A DNA stretch of 64,000 nt from contig JAUYIT010000037.1 of the NCBI GenBank assembly GCA_030688315.1, forward strand, positions 3,348 to 67,347, written 5' to 3'. The notes under the pieces are model-generated. The model worked only from the letters and a program-made list of their open reading frames with translations. It was not told where the DNA came from and made no database searches. Numbering within the stretch: the first letter of the stretch is position 1; each line of letters begins with the position of its first letter. A program made the position numbers and the translations under genes. The DNA comes from Candidatus Komeilibacteria bacterium. GTDB taxonomy: Bacteria > Patescibacteriota > Patescibacteriia > UBA1558 > UBA10009. Of the stretch, positions 38,065 through 47,567 are shown piece by piece.

Positions 38065-38649
38065 ATGATGACGATGTCAACGACATTGATCACGTCTAGA
38101 GACCCCAAAGGTCTCCATGCAGTTGGTCTCTTTGAGGCCGTTTACAACAAATTCGGTCTTAATGACCAGGGTGCGCAACGCTTAAATGAGCGTGGCGACG
38201 AGTTCCAGAACGGGATTAGGAAGCTCATTGCCGAATTATCGGCGATCTTCGATTTTGACAAGTCCAGGGACGGTTGGACTTTACTCGAAGATGACGCGAG
38301 CCCGCTTCCAGGCAATTTCTCAATCGAAGCCGTTGAGTTTCTCAAAGAAGGGGAAACGTGGATTTCTGGCGAAGAAATGACTCGCCGTGCTAAAGAGGAA
38401 TTAAATGCTGACTCAAGTCAGCATTTGGCCGAGTGGTTGTTGAAAAACCAGAGTAAGATCCCCGTAGAATTACGCGGGACTGTTCTGGTCTTTACGGCGA
38501 CCAAGTGGCAGGCGCTTGACGGCGACCGCAGCGTGGCTTTCCTCATCTGGGGTGGTGGGCGGTGGTACTTGTCCTTCTTCTGGCTCCACGACGGCTTAGG
38601 CAGTGACTTTCGTCTGGTCCGCCTGCGCGAGCAGCGCTTGGCTGCTTAG
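38065..38649 (+). CDS. Hypothetical protein, higher GC, no recognised domain
   Basis: 194-aa ORF downstream of the NYN gene with its own promoter-like TTGACAtaatctataaaatatggTATCTT. Start ambiguous (MMTM/MSTT). Confidence 0.5.
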   Translation: MMTMSTTLITSRDPKGLHAVGLFEAVYNKFGLNDQGAQRLNERGDEFQNGIRKLIAELSAIFDFDKSRDGWTLLEDDASPLPGNFSIEAVEFLKEGETWISGEEMTRRAKEELNADSSQHLAEWLLKNQSKIPVELRGTVLVFTATKWQALDGDRSVAFLIWGGGRWYLSFFWLHDGLGSDFRLVRLREQRLAA

Positions 38650-38876
38650 TTACTCTGTCCTTGGCCACGGGTCATCTGATCCTTGGATCCTTGGACACTC
38701 CCGACTTGCTGGGCTAGACATCTGTGTTCATAAAACACTTTTGTCTGGTCCAGCGGTCGGTTTTTTAATTTTTTATCCGTCAGTTTAGTGATTTATCGAC
38801 TTTAAGCGGGGGTTTACAAGCGCCTGATTTTTTGTTAAAATTAGACCATTAATTACCATATTTTTTTAGTCAAATT

Positions 38877-39494
38877 ATGAATATTTCCTACTATGGCTTA
38901 ACCTGCTTTAGGATTCAAAATAACGGGGCTTCGGTGTTGATTGATCCTTATGAAGATACCGTGGGCTTAAAACTGCCCCGGATGCAGAATGATTTGACCC
39001 TTTATACCAAAACTCCGGACAAGGCCAAAAGCGACCAAAGTTTTGCCATTACCGTGCCCGGCGAATATGAAGTCAAAGATATTTTTATTTACGCCATGCC
39101 GGTGGCCGCGAGCGGCGGCAATGCCGAAGGTCTGATTTATTTAATTGAAACCGAAGGCATTTATCTGGTTCATTTGGGCGCGCTTAAAAAAACCAAATTC
39201 AATGAACAGCAGCTGGAGCGTTTGAAAAATTTGGACATGCTGATGCTGCCGGTGGGCGGCGGTGATTGTTTAAGCGCCGACCAGGCCAGCGAGCTGATTG
39301 CCCAGCTGGAACCGCGTTTGGTTATTCCCATGAATTATCAATTGCCGGGTTTAAAGCAAAAACTGGAGCCGCTGGATAAGTTTAAGAAGGCGATTGGCGG
39401 TAATTTTGAAACCATGGATAAGCTAAAAATCAGCCGTAAGGATTTGCCGGAAGAAGACGCTAACTACGTGATTATTGAGCCATCCGCCAGTTAA
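38877..39494 (+). CDS. Metallo-beta-lactamase-fold hydrolase (COG2220-like)
   Basis: Resembles the Zn-dependent hydrolase of beta-lactamase fold family (SVLIDPYED...HLGALKK...LMLPVGGGD). Confidence 0.55.
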   Translation: MNISYYGLTCFRIQNNGASVLIDPYEDTVGLKLPRMQNDLTLYTKTPDKAKSDQSFAITVPGEYEVKDIFIYAMPVAASGGNAEGLIYLIETEGIYLVHLGALKKTKFNEQQLERLKNLDMLMLPVGGGDCLSADQASELIAQLEPRLVIPMNYQLPGLKQKLEPLDKFKKAIGGNFETMDKLKISRKDLPEEDANYVIIEPSAS

Positions 39495-39496
39495 GT

Positions 39497-39850
39497 ATGA
39501 ACAAGCCCACCCCGCAACAACATAAGGAAATGTGGGTGTACATCGTAATTCTGACCGTGGCGATTTTGATTTTATGGGGCTATTTTTTTAAAAATTACTG
39601 GCTCAAGACCGCGGTTAAAGAGGAGGCGGATCCCCAGCAAAAAAGCTGGTCGGAGATGGTGGCCGAAATCAAACAGTCGGTCAGCCAGGGTAGTGAGGTT
39701 TTTAAACAAGTTAAGGAGGAGTTAAAAGATTTGTCTTTGCCAATTGAGGCGTCTGTCGGCAACAGCGCGGCTACCAGCAGTACTTCCAGCGCCGCGCAAC
39801 TTGAAATGATTAATAAACTTAAAATAAAACTAGAAGAAAATAAAAAATAA
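39497..39850 (+). CDS. Hypothetical membrane-anchored protein
   Basis: N-terminal TM helix WVYIVILTVAILILWGYFF. C-terminal Ser/Ala-rich low-complexity region and coiled coil. Confidence 0.5.
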   Translation: MNKPTPQQHKEMWVYIVILTVAILILWGYFFKNYWLKTAVKEEADPQQKSWSEMVAEIKQSVSQGSEVFKQVKEELKDLSLPIEASVGNSAATSSTSSAAQLEMINKLKIKLEENKK

Positions 39851-39854
39851 ATAT

Positions 39855-39950
39855 ATGATGAAGCATTTATCACCCATCATTATTACGGCTCTGTCCATCG
39901 GCGCGTTCGCGGTGCTGGTGGCCGTGGTTACCTTGGCTTACGGCCGGTAA
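39855..39950 (+). CDS. Possible 31-aa single-pass membrane peptide upstream of gyrA
   Basis: MMKHLSPIIITALSIGAFAVLVAVVTLAYGR. Below the ORF-track threshold; found by reading the sequence. Confidence 0.25.
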   Translation: MMKHLSPIIITALSIGAFAVLVAVVTLAYGR

Positions 39951-39999
39951 AACAGGATAAATATTCATGATTAATAACCTGAACTTCGTTTTTTAGTCG

Positions 40000-42537
40000 T
40001 TGGCTTTAGTATTTAATTTTATGGCAAAACAATCAGACAAGAAAGATAAAGACAAGGAAATTTTTCAGGCCTTAGTGGGCGATGAACTGATCAACAATCA
40101 GGGCCGTTTGGAAATTCAGCCGATTACCGAGGAAATGAAAACTTCCTATTTGGATTACGCTATGTCGGTTATTGTGGCCCGCGCTCTGCCTGACGTGCGC
40201 GATGGCTTAAAGCCGGTGCACAGGCGCATTTTGTATGCCATGTGGACCATTGGGCTTAAGGCCGGCGCCAAGTTCCGCAAATCCGCCACCGTGGTCGGTG
40301 AAGTTTTGGGTAAGTACCATCCGCACGGCGACGTGGCCGTGTATGATACCTTGGTCAGAATGGCCCAGGATTTTGCCATGCGCTATCCCTTGGTCAACGG
40401 TCAGGGTAACTTTGGCTCCATGGACGGCGACGGCGCGGCCGCTATGCGTTATACCGAAGCCAAGCTGACTCATTTATCCGAAGAACTTTTATTTGACTTG
40501 GATAAGGATACAGTAAAATTTATTCCTAACTACGACGGTTCGCATTTGGAACCAACAGTGTTGCCTGCCAAACTGCCTAACTTGCTGTTAAACGGTTCCG
40601 TGGGTATTGCCGTGGGTATGGCCACCAACATTCCGCCCCATAATTTATCAGAATTGATTGACGGCATTACCCATCTTATTGATCACCCTAACGCCGGGGT
40701 TGATGATTTAATGCAGTTTGTTAAAGGCCCGGATTTTCCGACCGGCGCCACTATTTACAATATTAATGAAATTAAAGCCGCCTACGCCACCGGCAAGGGC
40801 GGTATTGTGATGCGCGCCAACGCCGAGATTGTGGAAGCCAAGGGCGGCACTTTTAACATCGTGGTTACCGAGATTCCTTATCAGGTTAACAAGGCCACTT
40901 TGGTGGAAAAAATCGCCGAACTGGTTAAGGATAAAAAAATTGAAGGCATCAGGGATTTGCGCGACGAATCGGACCGTGAAGGCGTGCGGGTGGTGGTAGA
41001 ACTTAAAAAAGAGGCCTACCCTAAAAAAGTTTTAAACGCCTTGTACAAGCATACGCAATTGCAGGAAACTTTCCACGTTAATTTACTGGCTTTGGTGGAT
41101 GGGATTCAGCCCAAGGTGCTGACCCTAAAAATTATTTTGGAAGAATACATCAAGCACCGTCAGGCGGTCATTAGGGCGCGCACCTTGTTTGATTTAAATA
41201 AAGCCAAGGATCGGGCGCACATTTTGGAAGGGTTAGTAATGGCTTTGGAAGATATTGATCAGATAATTTCCACCATTAAAAAATCCAAAGATAAAGAAGA
41301 CGCCAAGGTTAATTTGATTAAAAAATTCAAACTTTCCGAACGGCAGGCCTTGGCGATTTTGGAAATGCGCCTACAGCAACTGGCTAACCTAGAGCGTTTG
41401 CGGGTAGAAGAAGAATTAAAAGAAAAGAAAAAACTGATTAAAGAATTGGAAGCTATTCTAAAAGATACTCAGCGTATTTTAGGTATTATTAAAACCGAAC
41501 TGGCCGAAATTAAAACCAAGTACGGCGATGAACGCCGGACCAAGATTGTTAAAGGCGCGGTGGGTACGTTTTCGGCTGAAGATTTAATTCCTAACGAATC
41601 AACCGTGGTTATGGTAACCACCGATGGCTACATCAAGCGTTTACCGCCCGACACGTTTAAAGTTCAAGAACGTGGCGGCAAGGGCGTCATCGGCCAAACC
41701 ACCAAGGAAGAAGACACTGTGGAACATTTATTCTCCACCACCACTCACGCCGATTTAATGTTCTTTACCAGCCGCGGCCGTTTGTTCCAAACCAAGGCCT
41801 ACGAAATTCCGGCCGCCAGCCGCACGGCCAAGGGTCAGGCCATTGTTAACTTCCTCCAGCTTTCACCGGAAGAAAAAGTAACGGCCGTGCTATCCAACGA
41901 GGACATGACCGCCTTTAAATACCTGGTGATGGTTACCATTGAAGGCGTGATTAAAAAAGTGGGTATTGATAAATTTGAAAACGTGCGCCGGAGCGGTTTA
42001 ATTGCCATTAAGCTTAAGGGCAACGACCAGTTAAAATGGGTCAAGCCCTCCACCGGCAAAGATAACATCATTCTGGTTACCGCCCAGGGCCAAGCCATTA
42101 GGTTTAAGGAAGACGGCATTAGGGAAATGGGTCGTGGCGCTTCAGGCGTGCGGGGCATTAAGCTTAAAAAATCCGGCGATGAAGTAGTGGGTATGGATAT
42201 TTTGGATCAGGGCAAGGCCGGTACCGATGAACAACTGCTGGTGGTTTTGGAAAACGGTTTTGGCAAACGAACCGATCTTAAAGAATACAAAATTCAGGGC
42301 CGGGGCGGCAGCGGCATTAAAACCGCTTCCGTAACGCCAAAAACCGGCAAGCTGGTTTCGGCCTTTATCGTCAATGCCAAGCGTTCCAGCGAGGATCTGA
42401 TTATTATGGCGCAAAAAGGCCAGGTGATCCGGATGCCGCTCAAGTCCGTTTCGGTGATTGGCCGGGCCACTCAAGGCGTGCGCCTAATGAGATTTAAAGA
42501 AGAAGGCGATAAAGTGGCTTCGGTTACTTTTGTTTAA
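40000..42537 (+). CDS. gyrA: DNA gyrase subunit A
   Basis: [29 protein letters not shown] and the active-site region, plus a C-terminal beta-pinwheel. The start may be 40021 (MAKQSDKK). Confidence 0.95.
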   Translation: MALVFNFMAKQSDKKDKDKEIFQALVGDELINNQGRLEIQPITEEMKTSYLDYAMSVIVARALPDVRDGLKPVHRRILYAMWTIGLKAGAKFRKSATVVGEVLGKYHPHGDVAVYDTLVRMAQDFAMRYPLVNGQGNFGSMDGDGAAAMRYTEAKLTHLSEELLFDLDKDTVKFIPNYDGSHLEPTVLPAKLPNLLLNGSVGIAVGMATNIPPHNLSELIDGITHLIDHPNAGVDDLMQFVKGPDFPTGATIYNINEIKAAYATGKGGIVMRANAEIVEAKGGTFNIVVTEIPYQVNKATLVEKIAELVKDKKIEGIRDLRDESDREGVRVVVELKKEAYPKKVLNALYKHTQLQETFHVNLLALVDGIQPKVLTLKIILEEYIKHRQAVIRARTLFDLNKAKDRAHILEGLVMALEDIDQIISTIKKSKDKEDAKVNLIKKFKLSERQALAILEMRLQQLANLERLRVEEELKEKKKLIKELEAILKDTQRILGIIKTELAEIKTKYGDERRTKIVKGAVGTFSAEDLIPNESTVVMVTTDGYIKRLPPDTFKVQERGGKGVIGQTTKEEDTVEHLFSTTTHADLMFFTSRGRLFQTKAYEIPAASRTAKGQAIVNFLQLSPEEKVTAVLSNEDMTAFKYLVMVTIEGVIKKVGIDKFENVRRSGLIAIKLKGNDQLKWVKPSTGKDNIILVTAQGQAIRFKEDGIREMGRGASGVRGIKLKKSGDEVVGMDILDQGKAGTDEQLLVVLENGFGKRTDLKEYKIQGRGGSGIKTASVTPKTGKLVSAFIVNAKRSSEDLIIMAQKGQVIRMPLKSVSVIGRATQGVRLMRFKEEGDKVASVTFV

Positions 42538-42553
42538 TTCATTGTTAATGATA

Positions 42554-42585
42554 AAAACGGTCTTGGCAAACCTTGACCGTTTTTA
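42554..42585 (+). terminator. Terminator after gyrA
   Basis: aaaaACGGTCttggcaaaccttGACCGTtttt. Confidence 0.6.
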
Positions 42586-42589
42586 GTTT

Positions 42590-42618
42590 AAAAAAAGAGG
42601 CAGATTGTTGTCTGCCTC
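42590..42618 (-). terminator. Rho-independent terminator for the 78-aa Cys/His-rich gene
   Basis: Minus strand reads GAGGCAGAcaacaaTCTGCCTC followed by TTTTTTT. Confidence 0.7.
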
Positions 42619-42639
42619 AGGTGATGATTGTGCCGTCCT

Positions 42640-42876
42640 TTAAGCGGCTAGGCCGGTCGCCTCCTTGGCGGCCGGGAAATAGGCGATTAACTTTTTAGGG
42701 TCGATCGGAATTTTTGGATGCGGGCATTGCCCGCATGCAGGAAATTTATGAATGAATGAATGAACTTCATTTTGTTCACCTTCGCCCCTCGCCTCTCGAA
42801 TGGGGCAGGGCAAGGGCTGTCCATTGTTGTTTTCCCCCAAAACGCAATGGACAATAGGGAAACCTCTGCAAGCCAT
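42640..42876 (-). CDS. Small (78 aa) acidic Cys/His-rich protein of unknown function, strongly signalled for expression
   Basis: MACRGFPIVHCVLGENNNGQPLPCPIREARGEGEQNEVHSFIHKFPACGQCPHPKIP... SD AAGGAGGA lies 6 nt before the ATG. Consensus promoter upstream, terminator downstream. Confidence 0.6.
   Translation of the reverse strand: MACRGFPIVHCVLGENNNGQPLPCPIREARGEGEQNEVHSFIHKFPACGQCPHPKIPIDPKKLIAYFPAAKEATGLAA
42720..42768. repeat. Near-perfect palindrome TGCGGGCAtTGCCCGCA plus (TGAA)4 microsatellite inside the small Cys-rich gene
   Basis: gatgcgggcattgcccgcatgcaggaaatttatgaatgaatgaatgaa. Confidence 0.5.
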
Positions 42877-42920
42877 CAAGATCCTCCTTGATTATTGGAT
42901 ATGAGATTTGGCTTGTAAAC

Positions 42921-42948
42921 AGTATAAAGCAATTTATCCCTTTGTCAA
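42921..42948 (-). promoter_or_regulatory. Consensus promoter TTGACA-N16-TATACT for the 78-aa gene
   Basis: RC reads gtTTGACAaagggataaattgcttTATACTgtt. Confidence 0.6.
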
Positions 42949-43056
42949 ACAGTTTCAGTGTGCTTAATATTACTACAAAATTCGGACTTGCCAAAAATTT
43001 AAGGATTTGCTAGATTAAAGAAGCGTTTTTAAATTTTTTAACCATTACTATTCAAT

Positions 43057-44037
43057 ATGATGACCATCAAGCAAATTTACGATCTGGCTATTGAGCTGGG
43101 CATTAAGCACGATTTAAGAGGTTCCGGTTTGGTAAAGAATAAACTTGAACGGCTTAAAAAACGTTATGCCGCTTTAAACGAAGCGGAAAAACGGGAATAT
43201 GATACCGACCGCCTGACCAACCCTTTTTCCGATACCCGTTTTTGGGGCGAACCCGATAAAAAAGTCAGCCGCATCATGGCTGGCATTGATATTGAGGTTT
43301 CCGATCTGCTGTTGGCGAAAGAGCTTAGCAAAGATAAACCGATTGATTTGGTGTTAGCTCACCACCCCATTGGCGTGGCTTTGGCTGGTTTGCACGAAGT
43401 GATGGATTTACAGGTTGAATTGATGGCTAAGTACGAAATCCCTATTAACGTGGCTGAAAATTTGACCCATATCCGCATGAGCGAGGTTTCGCGCGGTATT
43501 TCCGCCGTTAACCACAATCGCGTGATTGACGCGGCCAAATTGTTAGGCATGAATGTGATGTGCACCCATACTCCCACCGACAACTTGGTAGCTGATTATC
43601 TGGATAAAGAAATTAAAGCGCATCTTAAGCATATTGAAAACGTCGGCGATTTAATGGCCGTCATCAAGCAACAGCCCGAGTATCAGGAAGCGGCCAGGCA
43701 AAAATCCGGCCCGCGTTTGTTCTGCGGTAAAAAATCCAATTACACCGGTAAAATCGCTTTAACCGAAATTACCGGCGGCACCGAAGGCAGTAAGGAAATT
43801 TACCAATATTTGGCGCGCGCCGGCATCGGCACCATTGTGGGCATGCACATGAAGGAAGAAAACCGTTTGGAAGCGGAGCGGGCCCACTTGAATATCGTGA
43901 TTGCCGGGCACATGTCTTCCGACTCTTTGGGCATGAATTTATTTTTGGATGAATTGGTCAAAAGGGGTGTGGAAGTTATTCCCTGTTCCGGTTTAATCAG
44001 ATGTTCCAGGATAAAAAAGAACTCGGGTAAAAAATAA
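43057..44037 (+). CDS. Nif3-family dinuclear metal-centre protein (GTP cyclohydrolase 1 type 2-like)
   Basis: LVLAHHPIGV and a C-terminal metal-binding region (IAGHMSSD) typical of NIF3/YqfO. Confidence 0.65.
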   Translation: MMTIKQIYDLAIELGIKHDLRGSGLVKNKLERLKKRYAALNEAEKREYDTDRLTNPFSDTRFWGEPDKKVSRIMAGIDIEVSDLLLAKELSKDKPIDLVLAHHPIGVALAGLHEVMDLQVELMAKYEIPINVAENLTHIRMSEVSRGISAVNHNRVIDAAKLLGMNVMCTHTPTDNLVADYLDKEIKAHLKHIENVGDLMAVIKQQPEYQEAARQKSGPRLFCGKKSNYTGKIALTEITGGTEGSKEIYQYLARAGIGTIVGMHMKEENRLEAERAHLNIVIAGHMSSDSLGMNLFLDELVKRGVEVIPCSGLIRCSRIKKNSGKK

Positions 44038-44043
44038 TTAAAA

Positions 44044-44188
44044 AGGCCTTGCCACAATGGTCATTGCGAGGAGCGAGATCCCTCGCTTGCGCTCGGGACA
44101 GGCTCCGCAATCCCGATGTTTATACCAGTACAACGGGATTGCCGCGCCCCTTTGGGGCTCGCAAAGACGGTGTCAGCAAGGCCTTTTC
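44044..44188. repeat. REP/MITE-like element, copy 4, flanked by A and T runs
   Basis: aaaaGGCCTTGCCacaatgGTCATTGCGAGgagcgagatccctcgcttgcgctcgggacaggctccGCAATCCCGatgtttataccagtacaaCGGGATTGCcgcgcccctttggggctcgcaaagacggtgtcaGCAAGGCCtttt. Confidence 0.85.
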
Positions 44189-44212
44189 TTTTTGTCATAA
44201 AAATGTTAAATT

Positions 44213-45241
44213 TTGAACATGTCAGAAGAAAGAATCATTTCCGCGGCGGCCAAAAGCGAGGATCAGGCCTTTGACGCCACTTTGCGGCCGCAAAATTTGG
44301 CCGAATATTTTGGCCAGCAAAAAATCAAGGACAATCTTGATATTTTTATGAATGCCGCCAAACAGCGGCAGGAACCCATCGAGCATGTGTTGCTGTACGG
44401 CCCGCCAGGGTTGGGCAAAACCACTTTGGCGCACATTATTGCCCATGAGATGGGGGTTAACATTAGGGTTACTAGCGGGCCGGCTATTGAACGCGCCGGC
44501 GATTTGGCGGCCATTTTAACCAATCTCCAGCCCGGTGATATTTTGTTTATCGATGAAATTCACCGCCTTAACAAAGTAATTGAAGAAGTGCTGTACCCGG
44601 CCATGGAAGATTACGCTTTGGATATTGTGATCGGCAAAGGCCCTTCGGCTAGAACTCTGCGTTTGGATTTGCCTAAGTTCACTATCATCGGCGCCACCAC
44701 TAGATACAATTTACTCTCTTCGCCTTTGCGCGATCGATTTGGCGTTACTCACCGTTTGGATTATTACCAGCATCCGGAAATAGAGCAAATCTTGAACCGC
44801 AGCGCCAAGATTTTAAAAATTGAATTAAACCCCGAAGCCACCGGTTTACTGGCTTCGCGATCGCGCTTAACGCCCAGAATCGCCAATCGGTTACTTAAGA
44901 GAGTTAGGGATTTTGCGCAAGTCAAAGGCAATGGCCAGATCAGTACCGATTTAGCTAATGAGGCCTTACGTTTGATGGATGTGGACGAACAGGGTTTGGA
45001 TTATCTGGATCGTCGGATTTTGGAAACCATTATCAATAAATTCAAAGGCGGACCGGTCGGCCTCAATTCAGTGGCGGCCGCGGTGCAGGAAGAAGAAGGC
45101 ACCATTGAAGAAATTTACGAACCGTATTTAATGCAACTCGGCTTTTTAATGCGCACCCCCCGCGGCCGCATTGTTAGCGAACTGGGTTACCGCCATTTGG
45201 GATTGGAAGTTCCGGGTGAATTGCAGGCCAAGTTGATTTAG
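44213..45241 (+). CDS. ruvB: Holliday junction branch-migration helicase RuvB
   Basis: Walker [19 protein letters not shown], Walker [11 protein letters not shown], sensor regions. Confidence 0.95.
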   Translation: MNMSEERIISAAAKSEDQAFDATLRPQNLAEYFGQQKIKDNLDIFMNAAKQRQEPIEHVLLYGPPGLGKTTLAHIIAHEMGVNIRVTSGPAIERAGDLAAILTNLQPGDILFIDEIHRLNKVIEEVLYPAMEDYALDIVIGKGPSARTLRLDLPKFTIIGATTRYNLLSSPLRDRFGVTHRLDYYQHPEIEQILNRSAKILKIELNPEATGLLASRSRLTPRIANRLLKRVRDFAQVKGNGQISTDLANEALRLMDVDEQGLDYLDRRILETIINKFKGGPVGLNSVAAAVQEEEGTIEEIYEPYLMQLGFLMRTPRGRIVSELGYRHLGLEVPGELQAKLI

Positions 45242-45247
45242 AAAAAT

Positions 45248-45273
45248 AAAAGACGCGCTTAGGCGCGTTTTTG
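45248..45273 (+). terminator. Terminator after ruvB
   Basis: aaaAGACGCGCttagGCGCGTttttt. Confidence 0.65.
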
Positions 45274-45276
45274 AAT

Positions 45277-45304
45277 TTGACAATTTTTTTGCTTGGAATA
45301 TACT
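45277..45304 (+). promoter_or_regulatory. Consensus promoter TTGACA-N16-TATACT
   Basis: aatTTGACAatttttttgcttggaaTATACTaaa. Confidence 0.6.
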
Positions 45305-45339
45305 AAAAATATTGTTCATTTCTCATAACAATAGAATTT

Positions 45340-45394
45340 AGGCAACCATAGCCAAAAACGGCTGAAGTTCGGCCACTTTTGGCTATGGTTGCCT
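45340..45394 (+). promoter_or_regulatory. 18-bp perfect-stem hairpin in the 5' leader of the 130-aa gene
   Basis: AGGCAACCATAGCCAAAA-acggctgaagttcggccac-TTTTGGCTATGGTTGCCT, about 35 nt downstream of the promoter. Confidence 0.55.
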
Positions 45395-45457
45395 AGTAAG
45401 TTCCCTTGGGAATATACCAAAGCTGACCATAGCGTCAATCATAATTCGGAGCGAGAG

Positions 45458-45850
45458 ATGTTTTTAATAACTCGTCCTGGCGATATTTCAATAAAAAAGG
45501 GTGAGAATATTTTCTTAAACCCTGTTGATCTCGCCATTGAGTTTTGTAAGTTGGCGGAGGAGTCGCTTAAACAGAACGATCGAACAGACCAGGATTACTT
45601 TGACCTCGCCATAGAGTCGGTAAAAACGCTGGCTGATCGAGTCAGCATCGTATACGGAGGCGAATCGGCTTTGGTAATGCAAAGCGAATATCGCTTTATT
45701 TTTGAACAAATCGAGTCGGCAAGCCGGACAGGCGATGTTGAAAGTATCAGGGCCGCAATACGGATCCTGGAATATATTCGCCAGCAGACGCTGACATTCA
45801 TTGCCGCGGCTAGGGACTATCCAGGTGGATATTCCGCTGCTGTCGCATGA
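45458..45850 (+). CDS. Hypothetical 130-aa protein
   Basis: MFLITRPGDISIKKG... SD-like GGAGCGAGAG before the ATG. The longer tracked ORF would start with TTG inside the hairpin. Confidence 0.5.
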   Translation: MFLITRPGDISIKKGENIFLNPVDLAIEFCKLAEESLKQNDRTDQDYFDLAIESVKTLADRVSIVYGGESALVMQSEYRFIFEQIESASRTGDVESIRAAIRILEYIRQQTLTFIAAARDYPGGYSAAVA

Positions 45851-45949
45851 TCGGAAGCAAACAACCAACCGGACCAGTTAAAGTGTTCATGAGAATGCTT
45901 TAACCGGTCCGGCATTTTTTATTTTATTGAAATATGATAGTATTCCTAA

Positions 45950-46978
45950 ATGAAATTATCGGATTTTGATTATCATTTGCCTCAACAATTAATTGCTCAA
46001 AAGCCGGTTAGCCCGCGCGATCATTCGCGTTTGATGGTTTTGGACAAGAAAAAAAAGACGATTATTCATCGTCATTTTTATGATCTGCCGGATTACCTCA
46101 ATAAAGGCGATGTTCTGGTTTTGAATAATACTAAGGTTTTTCCGGCTCGCTTGATGGGCCATAGAAAAGACACAGGCGGTCAAGTTGAAGTATTTTTGTT
46201 AAGGGAGTCAGGTCGCGGAGTATGGGAAGTATTAATCGGCAACAGGAGAAAAAAGGTTGGTCAGGTAATTCAGTTCGGTAAAGGGTTGGAGTGTCAGATC
46301 ATCAAGCAAATTGACGCGTCAATTTGGCAAGTCAGATTTAATCAATCAGGCAGTCGTTTTGACAAATTGGTTGAGGCCTTGGGCCAAATTCCTTTGCCGC
46401 CTTACATCAAATCGTCTGAAAAAAAGAGTAAACTGCAGGGTCAGTATCAAACCGTTTATGCTAAAACCAAAGGATCAGTAGCGGCGCCTACGGCGGGTTT
46501 TCATTTTACCAAACCCCTGTTGATCAAACTAAAGAAAAAAGGCGTGCAAATTGAATATGTCACTTTACACGTCGGCCTCGGCACCTTTGCCCCGGTTAAA
46601 GTTAATGATATTAAAAAGCATCAGATGCACAGCGAGTGGGCGAGTATTGATAAAAAAACGGCTGAACGTCTTAATCAGGCTAAACGCCAAGGCCATCGGA
46701 TTATTGCCGTGGGTACAACTTCCAGTAGAACTCTAGAATCTTTTGCTGGCAAAGGTAAAATCAAATCAGGTAATCAATGGACAAATATCTTTATTTACCC
46801 GGGCTACCAATTCAAATTCGTTGACTCGATGATTACCAATTTTCATTTGCCCAAGAGCACATTGATGATGTTAATCTCGGCTTTAGCCGGTCGGTCATTT
46901 ATTCTTAAGGCCTATCAAGAGGCGGTTAAAAAAAGTTACCGTTTTTACTCTTTTGGCGACGCGATGTTTATTACATAA
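45950..46978 (+). CDS. queA: S-adenosylmethionine:tRNA ribosyltransferase-isomerase QueA
   Basis: MKLSDFDYHLPQQLIAQKPVSPRDHSRLMVL..., VGTTSSRTLES. Confidence 0.92.
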   Translation: MKLSDFDYHLPQQLIAQKPVSPRDHSRLMVLDKKKKTIIHRHFYDLPDYLNKGDVLVLNNTKVFPARLMGHRKDTGGQVEVFLLRESGRGVWEVLIGNRRKKVGQVIQFGKGLECQIIKQIDASIWQVRFNQSGSRFDKLVEALGQIPLPPYIKSSEKKSKLQGQYQTVYAKTKGSVAAPTAGFHFTKPLLIKLKKKGVQIEYVTLHVGLGTFAPVKVNDIKKHQMHSEWASIDKKTAERLNQAKRQGHRIIAVGTTSSRTLESFAGKGKIKSGNQWTNIFIYPGYQFKFVDSMITNFHLPKSTLMMLISALAGRSFILKAYQEAVKKSYRFYSFGDAMFIT

Positions 46979-47148
46979 TTCATAAAAAACAAAAATCGGT
47001 TATTAGCCGATATTTTGTTTTTGTTTTTGTTATTCTTAGCGAACCCTATGATTGCTAAATCTTGATCTATTTTGGATAGTTGATCAAAAGTTTTAGTCCC
47101 TTTTTATTATAAGGTTCACTGTGAATTTTAAAAGAACTTGATACTTAG

Positions 47149-47364
47149 TTAATCGGCCAAAGCCAGGTAGCCGTCATTCAGCCATTCGGTCACTTGCAGT
47201 TGGTTGACTTCGCCCATTAGGGGAGGCAGTTCCTGAGCCAGTACTTTTTGGCTGTTGCCCCATTTTTCGCCGGCAATTACCAAACCTTTGGAAACGCCCA
47301 CAATAATCAGCAGGCACATCAGGAGTAGTAAAGCGGGGTGTAAATTTTTAGCCGGGTTGGGCAT
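47149..47364 (-). CDS. Small hypothetical membrane protein
   Basis: 71 aa with TM helix LHPALLLLMCLLIIVGV. Confidence 0.4.
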   Translation of the reverse strand: MPNPAKNLHPALLLLMCLLIIVGVSKGLVIAGEKWGNSQKVLAQELPPLMGEVNQLQVTEWLNDGYLALAD

Positions 47365-47567
47365 ATGATTGGGAATAAAAAATGCTCTGACACAAAATCA
47401 AAGCACAAAAAGATAATTAGCGTAGGTTGTATCAAAGTCCGAGAATTTTTTCGAGCTTTGATTTTTTGTGTTTGTTTTGTATTTTTCGGCCAGAGGCCGA
47501 TAAATGTTGGGGTTTTCACCTCAACATATGTATTATAGCATACTTTGAGGCAAAAATCAAGCCCCTG

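Noticed and set aside
42776-42994. Alternative 72-aa ORF overlapping the small Cys/His-rich gene
   Set aside because: It lacks SD and promoter alignment, whereas the 78-aa frame has AAGGAGGA at ideal spacing plus promoter and terminator.
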